Assembly: GCA_051546255.1 (NCBI GenBank)
Contig: CP128817.1
Span: 992,001-1,056,000 of the forward strand
Length of the DNA: 64,000 nt
From: Meyerozyma guilliermondii
Taxonomy: Eukaryota
Direction: 5' to 3'
Positions 47,779 to 59,300 of the stretch are shown here, in pieces. The position numbers and the translations under genes are program-made. Each line of letters opens with the position of its first letter. Within the stretch, counting starts at the first letter, position 1. Below the pieces are notes generated by a model. The model searched no databases. It worked only from the letters and a program-made list of their open reading frames with translations, and was not told the DNA's origin.

Positions 47779-49308
47779 TTAATCCTTCGACTTCTTCTTC
47801 TTCTTCTTTGGTGATTCTTCGTCTTCAGCTTTACGCTTCTTCTCTTTCTTTTCTTTCTTTTCCTTCTTTTCCTTCTTCTCCTTCTTTTCCTTCTTGTCCT
47901 TCTTGTCAGACTTGTCCTTCTTCTCCTTCTTCTCCTTCTTCTCCTTCTTATCTTTCTTAGACTCGGTCTCATCATCACTCTCCATGACAACATCTACTAT
48001 GTCGGAACCAGACAACTCCAAAGCTTCCTTGATGGCATCAGAATTCTTCATTGGTGCAGCACCAGTGTCGTAAAAGTTCAATCTCTGTTCAACTTGCTTC
48101 TTTAAAATTTGTCCAAAAGCAACCGAAGGTTCATCAGAATAGTTATCAATTCTTGATGCAATAGAACACTTATTGGCCAAGTATCTCGATATTCTTCCTT
48201 TGTTCTTCGCAGACGCCTTTCCAATGAATGAAGAGTGGTAGATAAGTCCATACTTGGGAGTGTTACCCTTGGTCTTTAATGCTCTGAACAACGCCTTCTC
48301 AGCACCCAAAATTTGCACAGTAGATGCAGCTTGTTTAGACAAGTTGGTTAACGAACCGGCATGAGAAATCAATCTGGCACCTACAACTTCTCCTATCAAT
48401 GTCGACAAGTTGGGAGCAACAGTGTTCATCTTTTCAGACAAGTACAGGTATAATCTGCCTCTGTACTCTGACAAAGAAACGACACGAGCAGCGAAAGTTG
48501 AAACATTGTCCATATCTTGTTCGGAGATATCTTGACCCATGGAGATTCTGGCATTGTCAATAATTCTCTGAGCAATGCCAGAATCATCGTTTACTATAGC
48601 AGCGACATCATGCAAGCTTTCATCAGACAAAGATGCCTTATCCTTAATGAACAAACTCAACTTGGCATAAGAGTAGTTGTCAGGAACAATCTTAGCCAAC
48701 TCAGGAAAATGCCATCCGTACCATTCCTTGACTCTCATAGAGAATGTGTTGATATCTTTATCCAACTGGTCCAATAAAGCAATAGCTTGAATGATATGGT
48801 TGTCATTCTTTTGAACTGAAAATTTAACCTTGGCTCTAGAGAAGGCATGTCCCAATCCCAATTGAGCTCTTTCTATATCTCCTTCTTGCAAGTCCTTGAA
48901 AAGCTTGGAGCCATGAACTCTAATAGCTCTCAAAAAGTCCTGGACAATTTCGTTGGACAAACAGTCAACCCATGGGAAGATCTCCTTGATGGATGGACCC
49001 AAATTCTTGTCACTTACACCCAAAGTAACCTTGTTCTTAGAAGAGCCCTTGGGCAAGTTAAGCTCCAACACCGACTTCAAGTAGTCAGAAACCAAACCTT
49101 CCGAGATATCGTTGGCATTTTCCAAAGCTTGAGCGGCTCCCTTAAATGGAGCGAATGAGACAAGCTCGATCATTTTGGAAAATTTACTCAAGTCATTGGC
49201 AGCTTCTTGGACTTCTTGTAGTCTCACGGCAATGTCGTCGTGCTGAATAAGCACCTTGAAGATGGCATAACCAGTTGCCTCTTCGAAGAGAAGATAGTCG
49301 ACTGCCAT
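47779..49308 (-). CDS. NOP56: Box C/D snoRNP core protein Nop56
   Basis: [76 protein letters not shown] tail. Confidence 0.97.
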   Translation of the reverse strand: MAVDYLLFEEATGYAIFKVLIQHDDIAVRLQEVQEAANDLSKFSKMIELVSFAPFKGAAQALENANDISEGLVSDYLKSVLELNLPKGSSKNKVTLGVSDKNLGPSIKEIFPWVDCLSNEIVQDFLRAIRVHGSKLFKDLQEGDIERAQLGLGHAFSRAKVKFSVQKNDNHIIQAIALLDQLDKDINTFSMRVKEWYGWHFPELAKIVPDNYSYAKLSLFIKDKASLSDESLHDVAAIVNDDSGIAQRIIDNARISMGQDISEQDMDNVSTFAARVVSLSEYRGRLYLYLSEKMNTVAPNLSTLIGEVVGARLISHAGSLTNLSKQAASTVQILGAEKALFRALKTKGNTPKYGLIYHSSFIGKASAKNKGRISRYLANKCSIASRIDNYSDEPSVAFGQILKKQVEQRLNFYDTGAAPMKNSDAIKEALELSGSDIVDVVMESDDETESKKDKKEKKEKKEKKDKSDKKDKKEKKEKKEKKEKKEKKEKKRKAEDEESPKKKKKKSKD

Positions 49309-49312
49309 TACG

Positions 49313-49353
49313 GATGAGGTTCAGAAATTTTCTGCGAAATTTTCATCTCATCG
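49313..49353. promoter_or_regulatory. PAC x2 plus RRPE elements (NOP56)
   Basis: GATGAG 49313-49318, AAATTTTCA 49337-49345, CTCATCG 49347-49353. Confidence 0.78.
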
Positions 49354-49420
49354 AAAATACTGATGTGTGGATGTGCGAACGCTTACATCAGCGCACATTG
49401 ATGGCTATAGGTTGCAACCG

Positions 49421-51613
49421 CTAGCAAAAGTTCAAATCCCATTCAAATTCTTCAAGGGTTTTGAACCAGTCCATAGCTGCATCGCCGTTTGGATTGAGTT
49501 CCCATACCCGTTCCATCAATGTGGTGACTCTGCTTATACTCGTGACTGCGTAACTTTGCATATATCGATCGATGCGAGCCTTCATTTTTTGGCGATCTTT
49601 TTCAGTTATAGAATGGATTCCTGCCATGAAAACTGGGAACACTAAGGAAGCCTGGGCTGGAGTGTCGATTAAGATATCAATGCATTTTAGTAAATCAACC
49701 GTTAGCACTTGACTCTCCAAATGTCGTGGGCTGCAACGCAATACAGCTTGACGTAGAAATAATTTTGCAGTCAATTGAAAAGTTTCAAAAATCGTGAGTT
49801 GATGTTCGAGTTCCTCATCGGTTAAATTCACCAAATCTTCTGGTTCGGGTTTTGCTCCATCAATTTGTGCATCAAGTCTTCGACATTTCATGAGCACATC
49901 TTGGACAGGCAAGATAACCCGGTTACGCAAGTCGTCATCAACGTCCACAATGTCTGATTGAAAGCTGTCCAGCAACTGATTACTTGCACGTCGACTCTCG
50001 AAAGCTAATGTGTTAATATCACCAATTATAGGGTACAACATTTTTGAAATTCCCAAAAGTGGATTGAGTCCGCCTTGACCAACTGCCTCCAGGGTCTTAA
50101 AAAATCTGGCATAATCTGGGGTTGGGAAGTAAGGATGACGATCTCGTAACGAGCTTGCTAGCAAGTCGTGGTACGCAAAATCTGTGATGAGCCAGCGCTC
50201 TTCCTTGTCATTATTGAAGTTAAAAATACCTCCATTTTCCGAAAGAATCTTGGAGCCCCAAGAGAGAAATAAGGGCCATCTCTTCACATCGCCTCGGCAA
50301 ATTTCTGCGCTACACATGATTAAGAGCGATGCCAATTTGAATATGAGAGAATCTCTGCTCTTGGATCGATGTCGGCCCAAATTTTCGCTATGATGAGTTT
50401 CCAAATGTTTGAGAGCAGCCTCAATATATTGCATTCCTTTCCGAGTCCATGAGCCATTAAGGTCAAAACAAGACCATGCCAAGATAGCGTAAAGGACACC
50501 ATCGTCTTTGTGAGCGAGAGGTAAGAATACTTTCTGGTAAGAATTGGATTCATCTTGCGAAGAAGGTGCAATGGATACCTTTCGCGATAAGGTATTGAGG
50601 TAATAATCGTACAAGTAGAAGCCCTCTTGGTTCAAAAGTGGAATCACCGATGGACTGTGTTGTGGAGTCGAAACGTTATGTGCAAATGAAGTTACCAACT
50701 GGTCGAAAAGTGAAGGTGATAATTTAGAACCTGCCTGTTCCAAAAGTTCGGGCAAAGATATAGCTGAGGATGTAGCTGAGATTACGTGGGTATGATGTGC
50801 CGACAGTTTGATTCCGTCTCCGTTGGTCTGGTACCCAAAATCTCGAAGAAAGTCGTACAATGAGGTGGATGTGAGTTCTTTGGTATAGGTGACAAGCTGG
50901 TCGGTTGCATTCGGGATGTCGAGAGGAGTTTCCAGAGACAGATACTCTTCTACTGGGGGCTCTTCCAGAGACTCTTGTTTGGGCGGAAAGTCGACATGAT
51001 ACATATGGAAAGCCAGAAGCAGTTCTTGTGAAGACAGAGAAACCAATGGGTGTCCTAGTATTTCTCGTGGTTCTTCCGTTTCTTCAATCGGTGACGCTCG
51101 AAGATCGGGGGCTGGCGAGTAGCTCAACTTTGGAGATGGTGTGCCCATGGTGAACCGTGGAGTGGTGGAAATTTGTGGAGTGGTGGAAAACTGTAGTTCA
51201 AGAAAGCTAGCAGATGTTTTGGGAGAAGTGTCATTTTTTGCAGAAATTTGTGGTTTTTCAGTAGGAGGACCTTCGGGCTGCTTTCGTTTGTGTCGACTCT
51301 TGCTTTGTTCAATGTCTCTCTTCTTTGCTTCAATTTGTTCCTGGGTCATGGTCAGTGGATCGATCCAAATACATTCTCGTTTCAACCTTACACAATTAGC
51401 ACAAGCTGGTTTCTCTTCAGTACACTTCTTCTTGCGGGTTTTACACGTTAAGCATCCGTTCTTGGACCTATTGCTCTTTAATAGAGTTTGAAGCTCCAAT
51501 GGGTCTTCGATGACATTGAAGTTGTCTCTCAGAAACTGAGATTTTTTCGTCGATGAAGCGGCAAACTTTGGTTTCGACTTCTTTTTGACTTTGGTGTCAA
51601 ATGTAACGAGCAT
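49421..51613 (-). CDS. Zn(II)2Cys6 transcription factor with fungal-specific C-terminal domain (Uga3-like type)
   Basis: RSKNGCLTCKTRKKKCTEEKPACANCVRLKREC; FAYHDLL; ASLVFPVFMAG. Confidence 0.88.
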   Translation of the reverse strand: MLVTFDTKVKKKSKPKFAASSTKKSQFLRDNFNVIEDPLELQTLLKSNRSKNGCLTCKTRKKKCTEEKPACANCVRLKRECIWIDPLTMTQEQIEAKKRDIEQSKSRHKRKQPEGPPTEKPQISAKNDTSPKTSASFLELQFSTTPQISTTPRFTMGTPSPKLSYSPAPDLRASPIEETEEPREILGHPLVSLSSQELLLAFHMYHVDFPPKQESLEEPPVEEYLSLETPLDIPNATDQLVTYTKELTSTSLYDFLRDFGYQTNGDGIKLSAHHTHVISATSSAISLPELLEQAGSKLSPSLFDQLVTSFAHNVSTPQHSPSVIPLLNQEGFYLYDYYLNTLSRKVSIAPSSQDESNSYQKVFLPLAHKDDGVLYAILAWSCFDLNGSWTRKGMQYIEAALKHLETHHSENLGRHRSKSRDSLIFKLASLLIMCSAEICRGDVKRWPLFLSWGSKILSENGGIFNFNNDKEERWLITDFAYHDLLASSLRDRHPYFPTPDYARFFKTLEAVGQGGLNPLLGISKMLYPIIGDINTLAFESRRASNQLLDSFQSDIVDVDDDLRNRVILPVQDVLMKCRRLDAQIDGAKPEPEDLVNLTDEELEHQLTIFETFQLTAKLFLRQAVLRCSPRHLESQVLTVDLLKCIDILIDTPAQASLVFPVFMAGIHSITEKDRQKMKARIDRYMQSYAVTSISRVTTLMERVWELNPNGDAAMDWFKTLEEFEWDLNFC

Positions 51614-51906
51614 TTTGAGCCGAAAATCTCACAAAAATTGTAGAATCAAATGCCGCCTTATAGATAGTGGGGCACACCTGCTGCACCTGATCTCGTGATG
51701 ATACCAAACCGAGGTACACCAGTGCACCTTTTTCCTGCACTCAGAGGGTCCCCACCACCGTCGGTTCTGCCCCAAACGTGGAATCCGGTAGAACCCGGTG
51801 GAATTGCTATCCTGCAGGAAATCGTCACTTGGTGTGGGCCACGTCCGTTTTCATTCTTTACGCTCGCAAGATTACAATCTTGAAGTTACTCAAGTAATAT
51901 ATAAAT

Positions 51907-52750
<844 letters not shown>

Positions 52751-53060
52751 GGCCTGTATACGTATACATATATAAACAGTTGCATGGTACGGCTTGTAGA
52801 TTTTGTAGACACTCGGCTCGCGCACGACTGAGCGTTAACCGAACATCACTAAGTATTATAGTAGTAACTATATCCACGTACTAGCAGCACCAAAATTGCT
52901 AATTTATCTGTTCCACGGACTTTCCAACCCAATCACACCCAGGGGATCTTACTCCATAAGCTATAATTACATCATCATCTTTTTTCACTTCAACCATTGT
53001 CACATAATATACCACCAATACCACCCATACCACCAGTTTTCAACTTAAAACAAGATCAAT

Positions 53061-56000
53061 ATGGAAAAACTAGCTTCGTTTCAAAACAACGATCCTGCTG
53101 TTCTACTACAGTTGACAAAACAATTGATAGAGAGAGATTTTTTTCTGACATTCTTAACCCATTCGCAGCTGAAGGTATTGACTCGCATTGTCAAGTCGAA
53201 TGATTTGAATGTATGGAAGCATTTTCTCGAAGGCAAAATTGTCATTGAAGTCGAGGACACTGCCGAGGCAGAAACTGATGCGGATTTGGGCGAATTTGAT
53301 GAAGATTTCGTCACTCAGCTTGTCATGAAGGTGCGATACTTATTATGGGAAAAGGCCATTGACTTTTACTATCTGAGTGAGTCTATGCTTAATAAAGGAC
53401 TTGAGGAGGTTACTGATGACTTTGAGCTTATTGACGGCTTGAAAATGGACGAAAATGTTGCAGAGGAAACCAAAAATGAGGAGGAAGAGCCCGCAGCGCC
53501 GGTTCGAGAAGAGGAAGATGATTACGACGACGATGATGAAGATGACAAAGAAGAAGAGAAACAAGAAGACTCCGCTCAAGGTCAGGAAGAAGACGTTGAA
53601 ATGGCAGAAACCAACTATTCAGACAACAAAGCAGTTATAAAGGTGCCAGCCCAAGAACTAGCAGAGGACACGAAAAAAGACGACGAAAATTCAGTAGCAG
53701 AAGTACCGTCTGAGCTCATAAAGGAGCTCAACAAGGCATATCATACGTTTGAATACGATCGAGAAACGCTTTTCAAAAGGAGAAAGTTGGAAAAATCTAA
53801 TCAGCAGCTTGATTCAGACTCTAAAAGTGAAGAAGCTATCAAAAAGGATAACGATCCAGTAACGGACGAGAATGGAGTGTCAACCAATCAAGCAGCAAGT
53901 GAATCTAATCTCGCTCCGGCCTCTTTTGGAGTTGGAACCACTTCGTTACGAAACCTTCTCAATACCATTCAAAGTCACAGAGACCAAATTCCCTTAGATG
54001 AACATGAGCTTCGAATGCTTTTCATGGACGTTCGCAAAAACAGAAGCAAGTGGGCTAACGATGAAAGAGTTGGGCAAGAAGAACTTTATGAGGCTTGCGA
54101 GAGAGTGGTGTTGGACTTGCGAGGATATACTGAACACTCAACGCCATTTTTGAACAAAGTCAGCAAGAGAGAAGCCCCAAACTATGGTCTTATTATCAAA
54201 AAGCCAATGGACTTGAATACTGTCATGAAGAAATTGAAAAGTTTCTCCTATAATTCGAAAGCTGAGTTTGTCGACGATCTAATGCTCATCTGGAGCAATT
54301 GCTTAACTTATAACGCAGACCCCAAACACTTTTTGCGAGCCCATGCTATAGCCATGCAGAAGCGCACCCAAAAGCTCATACCTACGATTCCAGATATCAC
54401 CATTAAGCACCGGCTGGAAATTGAAAAGGAAGAGGATGATCGCGAAGCTTCAATAGACCCTGAGGGTTCATCTGGAGCTGGTGCTGGAAAAGGTCTTCAG
54501 CGACATACCATAAAAGAGGAGGCAGAGGCTTCAGTTGCCGAAGAGACCCCAGAGGTTGAAACGGTAGAGGATCCTGAACATGTTCCTGAGGAAGTTCAGG
54601 AAACTAATGACAATCAACCGTCGCTGACGGTTCCTCAGGCTGAAAGTGATCCAGCGCCCGTACCGGATGCAGAAAATAATGACGACACTTCTCGTCAAAT
54701 TGACGGTAATGAGAGCGATTCTGATATGGAAGTGGATAATACCGAAAACCAAAATGAAGGCGACCAGGATTGGCGTCTACTTACGGCAAAATCCAGAGCA
54801 AACTACTGTTCCGAGCGTGCTGCTCTCTTTGATAGTGAGAACCATCTCCGGTTGGATGCCCCAGCTATTCTTCGAAAGTCCAATGAAATGGATAATTTCA
54901 GCCACTATTTGACAGGAAATGAGTCGGTTTCGAAATCCAATAGTTTGTTGGAAAACGAGGAACCATACATTTTGGAATACGATGTCGCTGGTGGCTTGCC
55001 TGGCATCAAGTATCGTGGAGTCAGCACCGAAGACCAAGACAAATATGAGCAGGAACTTGTGGATAAGTTCTTGGAAGTCGCCGAAGCAGATGCAAATAGT
55101 ATCAAATCGGCATTTGCTTTATCCCAGGACTCTGGCTTAAACAAAGTGTACACCGAGACAATCACCGAGATACAAGAAGTAAGAAAGATTTGCTCCAAGA
55201 TCTCTCTTGTTAGACAAATGCAGACTCAGTCGTTTGTTCACCACTCGCAAATGAAGCAGCCCGAGATCGAAACTATCAAAGAGATTGATATTGATCCGAT
55301 TCTGAAACTTTCCAACCACGATCCATTTCACGAGCTGATTCAATATCCTGTTCTTCGACGTAATATTGCAAAGATTGCAATGCAAACCGGGTTTGAAACC
55401 ACTCAGCCATTTGCAATCAATACCTTGACTCAGGTGGCTGCTCGTTACATGAGCAATTTGATCAAAACCGTCAAAACTCACTGTGAGCTGGTGTCTCTGA
55501 ATCACTTGAGTAACGCCGAGGTAATCTTGGTTTCTCTCGTGGAAAATGGGGTCAATAAACCCGATGATCTTTATACTTTTGTCAAGGAACGAGTGTTGAA
55601 GCAACAAGCCAAGCTTAAAGATCTTCGTCAAAAGTTGTCCAATTTCTTACGGGACCTCTTGCGGCCCGGATTGGAAAATTTCAATGAACGGAGCTTTGAA
55701 GACAACAGTGAGCAGTTTATCACGGGAGATTTCTCGAGTGATTTGGGTGATGATTTCTTTGGATTCAAAGAGCTTGGGTTGGACAAAGAGTTCAAAATGC
55801 TCTCGCTGTCGATTCCCATCTACCTTCTTCATTCGAGATTGCACAACTCGTACTCTAGTACTGGAAACGAATTGAAGAGAAATAAGTATAGCGACCTTGA
55901 AGACCTTCCACCAATCAAGCTAGCGGCTTCAGACATCAATGACCAAATCGAACTAGTAAAACCATTTTACCAGCAACTAGTGGAGAAAACAAAGTCTCAT

Positions 56001-56192
56001 TACGTCAAATCACAAAAGAAAAAAGGAGAATCTACCGAACTACCACCAGACGAAGAATTGTACATTATAGAGGATGAAGAGCTTCCTCAGAAACAGAGGA
56101 ATGTTCGCCCCAGACTTCCACCAACAGGAAAGATTTCCTCAACCAAGAAGAAGCCACTTTCTTCTGGCTACTTTTTACCCGAGGTAGCTTAA
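53061..56192 (+). CDS. SPT7: SAGA complex bromodomain subunit
   Basis: DVRKNRSKWA...VGQEELYEACE, bromodomain PFLNKVSKREAPNY..IIKKPMDL, histone-fold region, GDDFFGFKELGL. Confidence 0.95.
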   Translation: MEKLASFQNNDPAVLLQLTKQLIERDFFLTFLTHSQLKVLTRIVKSNDLNVWKHFLEGKIVIEVEDTAEAETDADLGEFDEDFVTQLVMKVRYLLWEKAIDFYYLSESMLNKGLEEVTDDFELIDGLKMDENVAEETKNEEEEPAAPVREEEDDYDDDDEDDKEEEKQEDSAQGQEEDVEMAETNYSDNKAVIKVPAQELAEDTKKDDENSVAEVPSELIKELNKAYHTFEYDRETLFKRRKLEKSNQQLDSDSKSEEAIKKDNDPVTDENGVSTNQAASESNLAPASFGVGTTSLRNLLNTIQSHRDQIPLDEHELRMLFMDVRKNRSKWANDERVGQEELYEACERVVLDLRGYTEHSTPFLNKVSKREAPNYGLIIKKPMDLNTVMKKLKSFSYNSKAEFVDDLMLIWSNCLTYNADPKHFLRAHAIAMQKRTQKLIPTIPDITIKHRLEIEKEEDDREASIDPEGSSGAGAGKGLQRHTIKEEAEASVAEETPEVETVEDPEHVPEEVQETNDNQPSLTVPQAESDPAPVPDAENNDDTSRQIDGNESDSDMEVDNTENQNEGDQDWRLLTAKSRANYCSERAALFDSENHLRLDAPAILRKSNEMDNFSHYLTGNESVSKSNSLLENEEPYILEYDVAGGLPGIKYRGVSTEDQDKYEQELVDKFLEVAEADANSIKSAFALSQDSGLNKVYTETITEIQEVRKICSKISLVRQMQTQSFVHHSQMKQPEIETIKEIDIDPILKLSNHDPFHELIQYPVLRRNIAKIAMQTGFETTQPFAINTLTQVAARYMSNLIKTVKTHCELVSLNHLSNAEVILVSLVENGVNKPDDLYTFVKERVLKQQAKLKDLRQKLSNFLRDLLRPGLENFNERSFEDNSEQFITGDFSSDLGDDFFGFKELGLDKEFKMLSLSIPIYLLHSRLHNSYSSTGNELKRNKYSDLEDLPPIKLAASDINDQIELVKPFYQQLVEKTKSHYVKSQKKKGESTELPPDEELYIIEDEELPQKQRNVRPRLPPTGKISSTKKKPLSSGYFLPEVA

Positions 56193-56335
56193 TAGAGCAT
56201 TCAGAGAATGTGGTATATATTTCAAATCACGATCGAAGTTGTATTAAAGTAGACCTCTTTGCACCATTTCCCACGTGAGCGCGGCGCCAGTAGAAGACAT
56301 CGATCAGAATATCTCCCACTATCAATGTACTGAAT

Positions 56336-59300
56336 ATGGCTCCAGACTCCCACCAGTGCGGGCAGTCGCTAACGGCCACACTTCTGAAGTTTTCAAAGCA
56401 AGATCTAGTTAAAAGGGATGTGTTTGGTCGCACTATTTTGCATATTTTGCTACTCTGTAATCGCCATGATCTTTTGAGACATTTACTAAAAAACAACGAT
56501 GTCAAGGATGTTCTCGTACTTACTGACTATGAAAATGGCTGGAACTGTCTACACTACGCTATATTCCACAAGCGTATACTTTGCTTTAAGGTTCTTATGG
56601 AATACTTACGACGAGAAACCGGGTCTTATATGGTCCCCAATTCCTTGATGTATGACCTTGTTCGATGCAAGGATAGAAACAAATATACTCCTTTCCAGCT
56701 TCTTGATAACGACCTCAAGGACTTGATATGGATTCCTGGCTATATTGACGATAATGATCGGTTTCACTTGACTTACAGGTATGTTATCCAATCTGAATGG
56801 ACCACCAACTCACCAATAATTCAACAATTTAGACTACGAAAATCGAACATAGATTTCAACCACATTTGGTGGGATGATGCTAGAGGAGGTTCTGATCTTT
56901 ATATGCTGGGTTCTAACAAAAATTATACATTGGGTCTTGGAGATACTTCGGAAGTCGCAAATCCTAGTAAAGTACCATTTGAACACTTTGATTTTCCCAA
57001 ACGTGGATCAACTATTAGGGATAGACTTCATCGCCCAAGATTCAAACAGGTTGGAATTTCAAAGAATTATACCTTGGTACTTACTACTGATATGAGACTA
57101 TACTCAAGTGGACTAGGTACTCGCCGTGGTCGGTCTGACCATGGCTCTGAAAACCACAAAAACCCATATCGGTTCAATCCTATAGTCATTGACGATTTAG
57201 CGAATGGTCCCTTGGCTAGCCTGTCTATTATGGGCGTTGAAAAGTTTGCTATTTCAGATAATCATTCGTTGATTTTGGCCAATAATAATTGTGTCTATGC
57301 ATTTGGACTGAACACCTTTGGGCAACTAGGGACTTCTAGTACTATCAGGAGTCTTAGTTCCTCAAACGAAGATTACGAACCTACACCAGTACCTGTTGCA
57401 GGAGACTTAAGGCGCAACTTTGAACCTATTTTGGGTCTCGCTGTCTCAGAAGTGAGCTCAGTAGCTTGGTCTGAAAACAGTCTTTTCTTTTGGGGCTTGA
57501 ATACCGGTCAGATGGGTATTCCTCATGATCCTACGAAAAAAACCGTTAAAGGAACTTTCAGTGGCAGTATCCAGTGCTCACCCAACAGAGTTTCGCTTCG
57601 CGATACAATCAAGCTTGTCCAAGCAACTCCTTTGTGCACATTTGTGGTCACTACGGATAATAACATTCATGTGTTCACACAATACCAGCACTTTAAGCTC
57701 CCCAGGTTGCCTGTAAATATCACATCGGAGAAACATTTTGACATCTTCAGACCAACAAAGCTCACCAAGCAACCCAATATAATCAAACTTTGTGCAAAGA
57801 GTCACCGACTAGTTTGCTTGGTTTTGGATAATGGAGACGTCATGAGCTATAGTATTGACCCCACAAACTCCAATATGCTAAAAAATATCAAGTATTCTAC
57901 TCTATGGAAATCATATGATCGAGATATGAAGGTGGTTGATTTGGATGTCTCTCTGGATGGTTCAGTCATTTTGTGTACTAGAAACGGCTCAACATTCATC
58001 AAGAGCTCACAAAACATTCAGAGAAGGGGTTCAGTGAACGACGTTCGTTTGCCTATTCCTGTTAAAAAGAACAAGTTCCGGAAAGTTTTCAACATTAATC
58101 GAGTCATAAAGGTCTCGTGTGACAATAATTTCACATCCTTTGCATACATGCGAGATGACATCGACGTTCTACCATTTGAATTACCAAAGAATAGCATGCT
58201 CAATGACTTACAATACTTGAGTCCAATGATAGATACTACCGATACTAGGAAACAGGCAGAACTTCTAGGGGCAGACCACACCAGAAATTCGTGGAGCAAT
58301 CACTACTACGCTCACTTTTTGGGCGTCAGTACGTTTATCAACGATCATGGTGGGCCAATAGGCGATTCTGAAGATGATGGTTTTCCGGATTCGGATATAC
58401 TCCAGAGTCGTTATTACAAACGTTACTACCCATTTCATACCTATGATTCTCGTTCTGATAGCATTGATGGGGACTTTGACCAGTTTAGACCTCAAGAGAA
58501 TCTTCATAAACTGCTTCTTTCTAATCTTGATGATGATGAATGGCTACCACAGAGCATTGCGAAATCAAATCATTCAGATTTCACTATCAAATTGTCCAAA
58601 GATACTTACCAGCACTCAATTCCCATCCACAGGCACCTTTTCTGTCTTCGATCGCCAGTTTTTCGGAGCTTAACTGACGGAGATATTGTTGTGGAGGGCA
58701 ACATAAATGGGCAATATAATGAGAAAGAGTGTTCACTTACATTCAACTCATCATTGCAGCTAAAGTCGTTATTGATTTTTGTTCACTATCTATACACGGG
58801 AAAGATTGTCTCTATATGGGACAGCTTCCCAAACCGTTCCGATTGTCCAGCAGTGGTCTTAGCCATCAAGAAAGACTTTTTCCTGTTGATTGGTGCTTTT
58901 CAAATGACAAACCTCAATGAATCCAGGGCCATTGCTCAGCTTCGGCTGCTCACAGAAAGTACAACTATTAGTGACGACTCTGACTTGATTACCATTGTTC
59001 TCTCTGATGGTTCAGCCGTATGCCATCCTTCTCTTTTATCTTCAAGATCTGCGTATTTTGAGACGGTATTATCCGATTCGTGGAATGGAACCAAAACCTT
59101 GAGCTTGGAGGGAATAACCAAGAGACACTTTGACGTGATTTTGCGTCACATTTACGGAGTAAATGATCTTAATCTCTTTGATGAGTTTGAATCAGAAACT
59201 ACCCATCTTCATGAAGATTTCATCAACTTTGTTATGGAAATTATCGAGATTGCCGACGAATTGTTATTACTAGAACTCAAGGCTATTGGCCAGCTAGCCA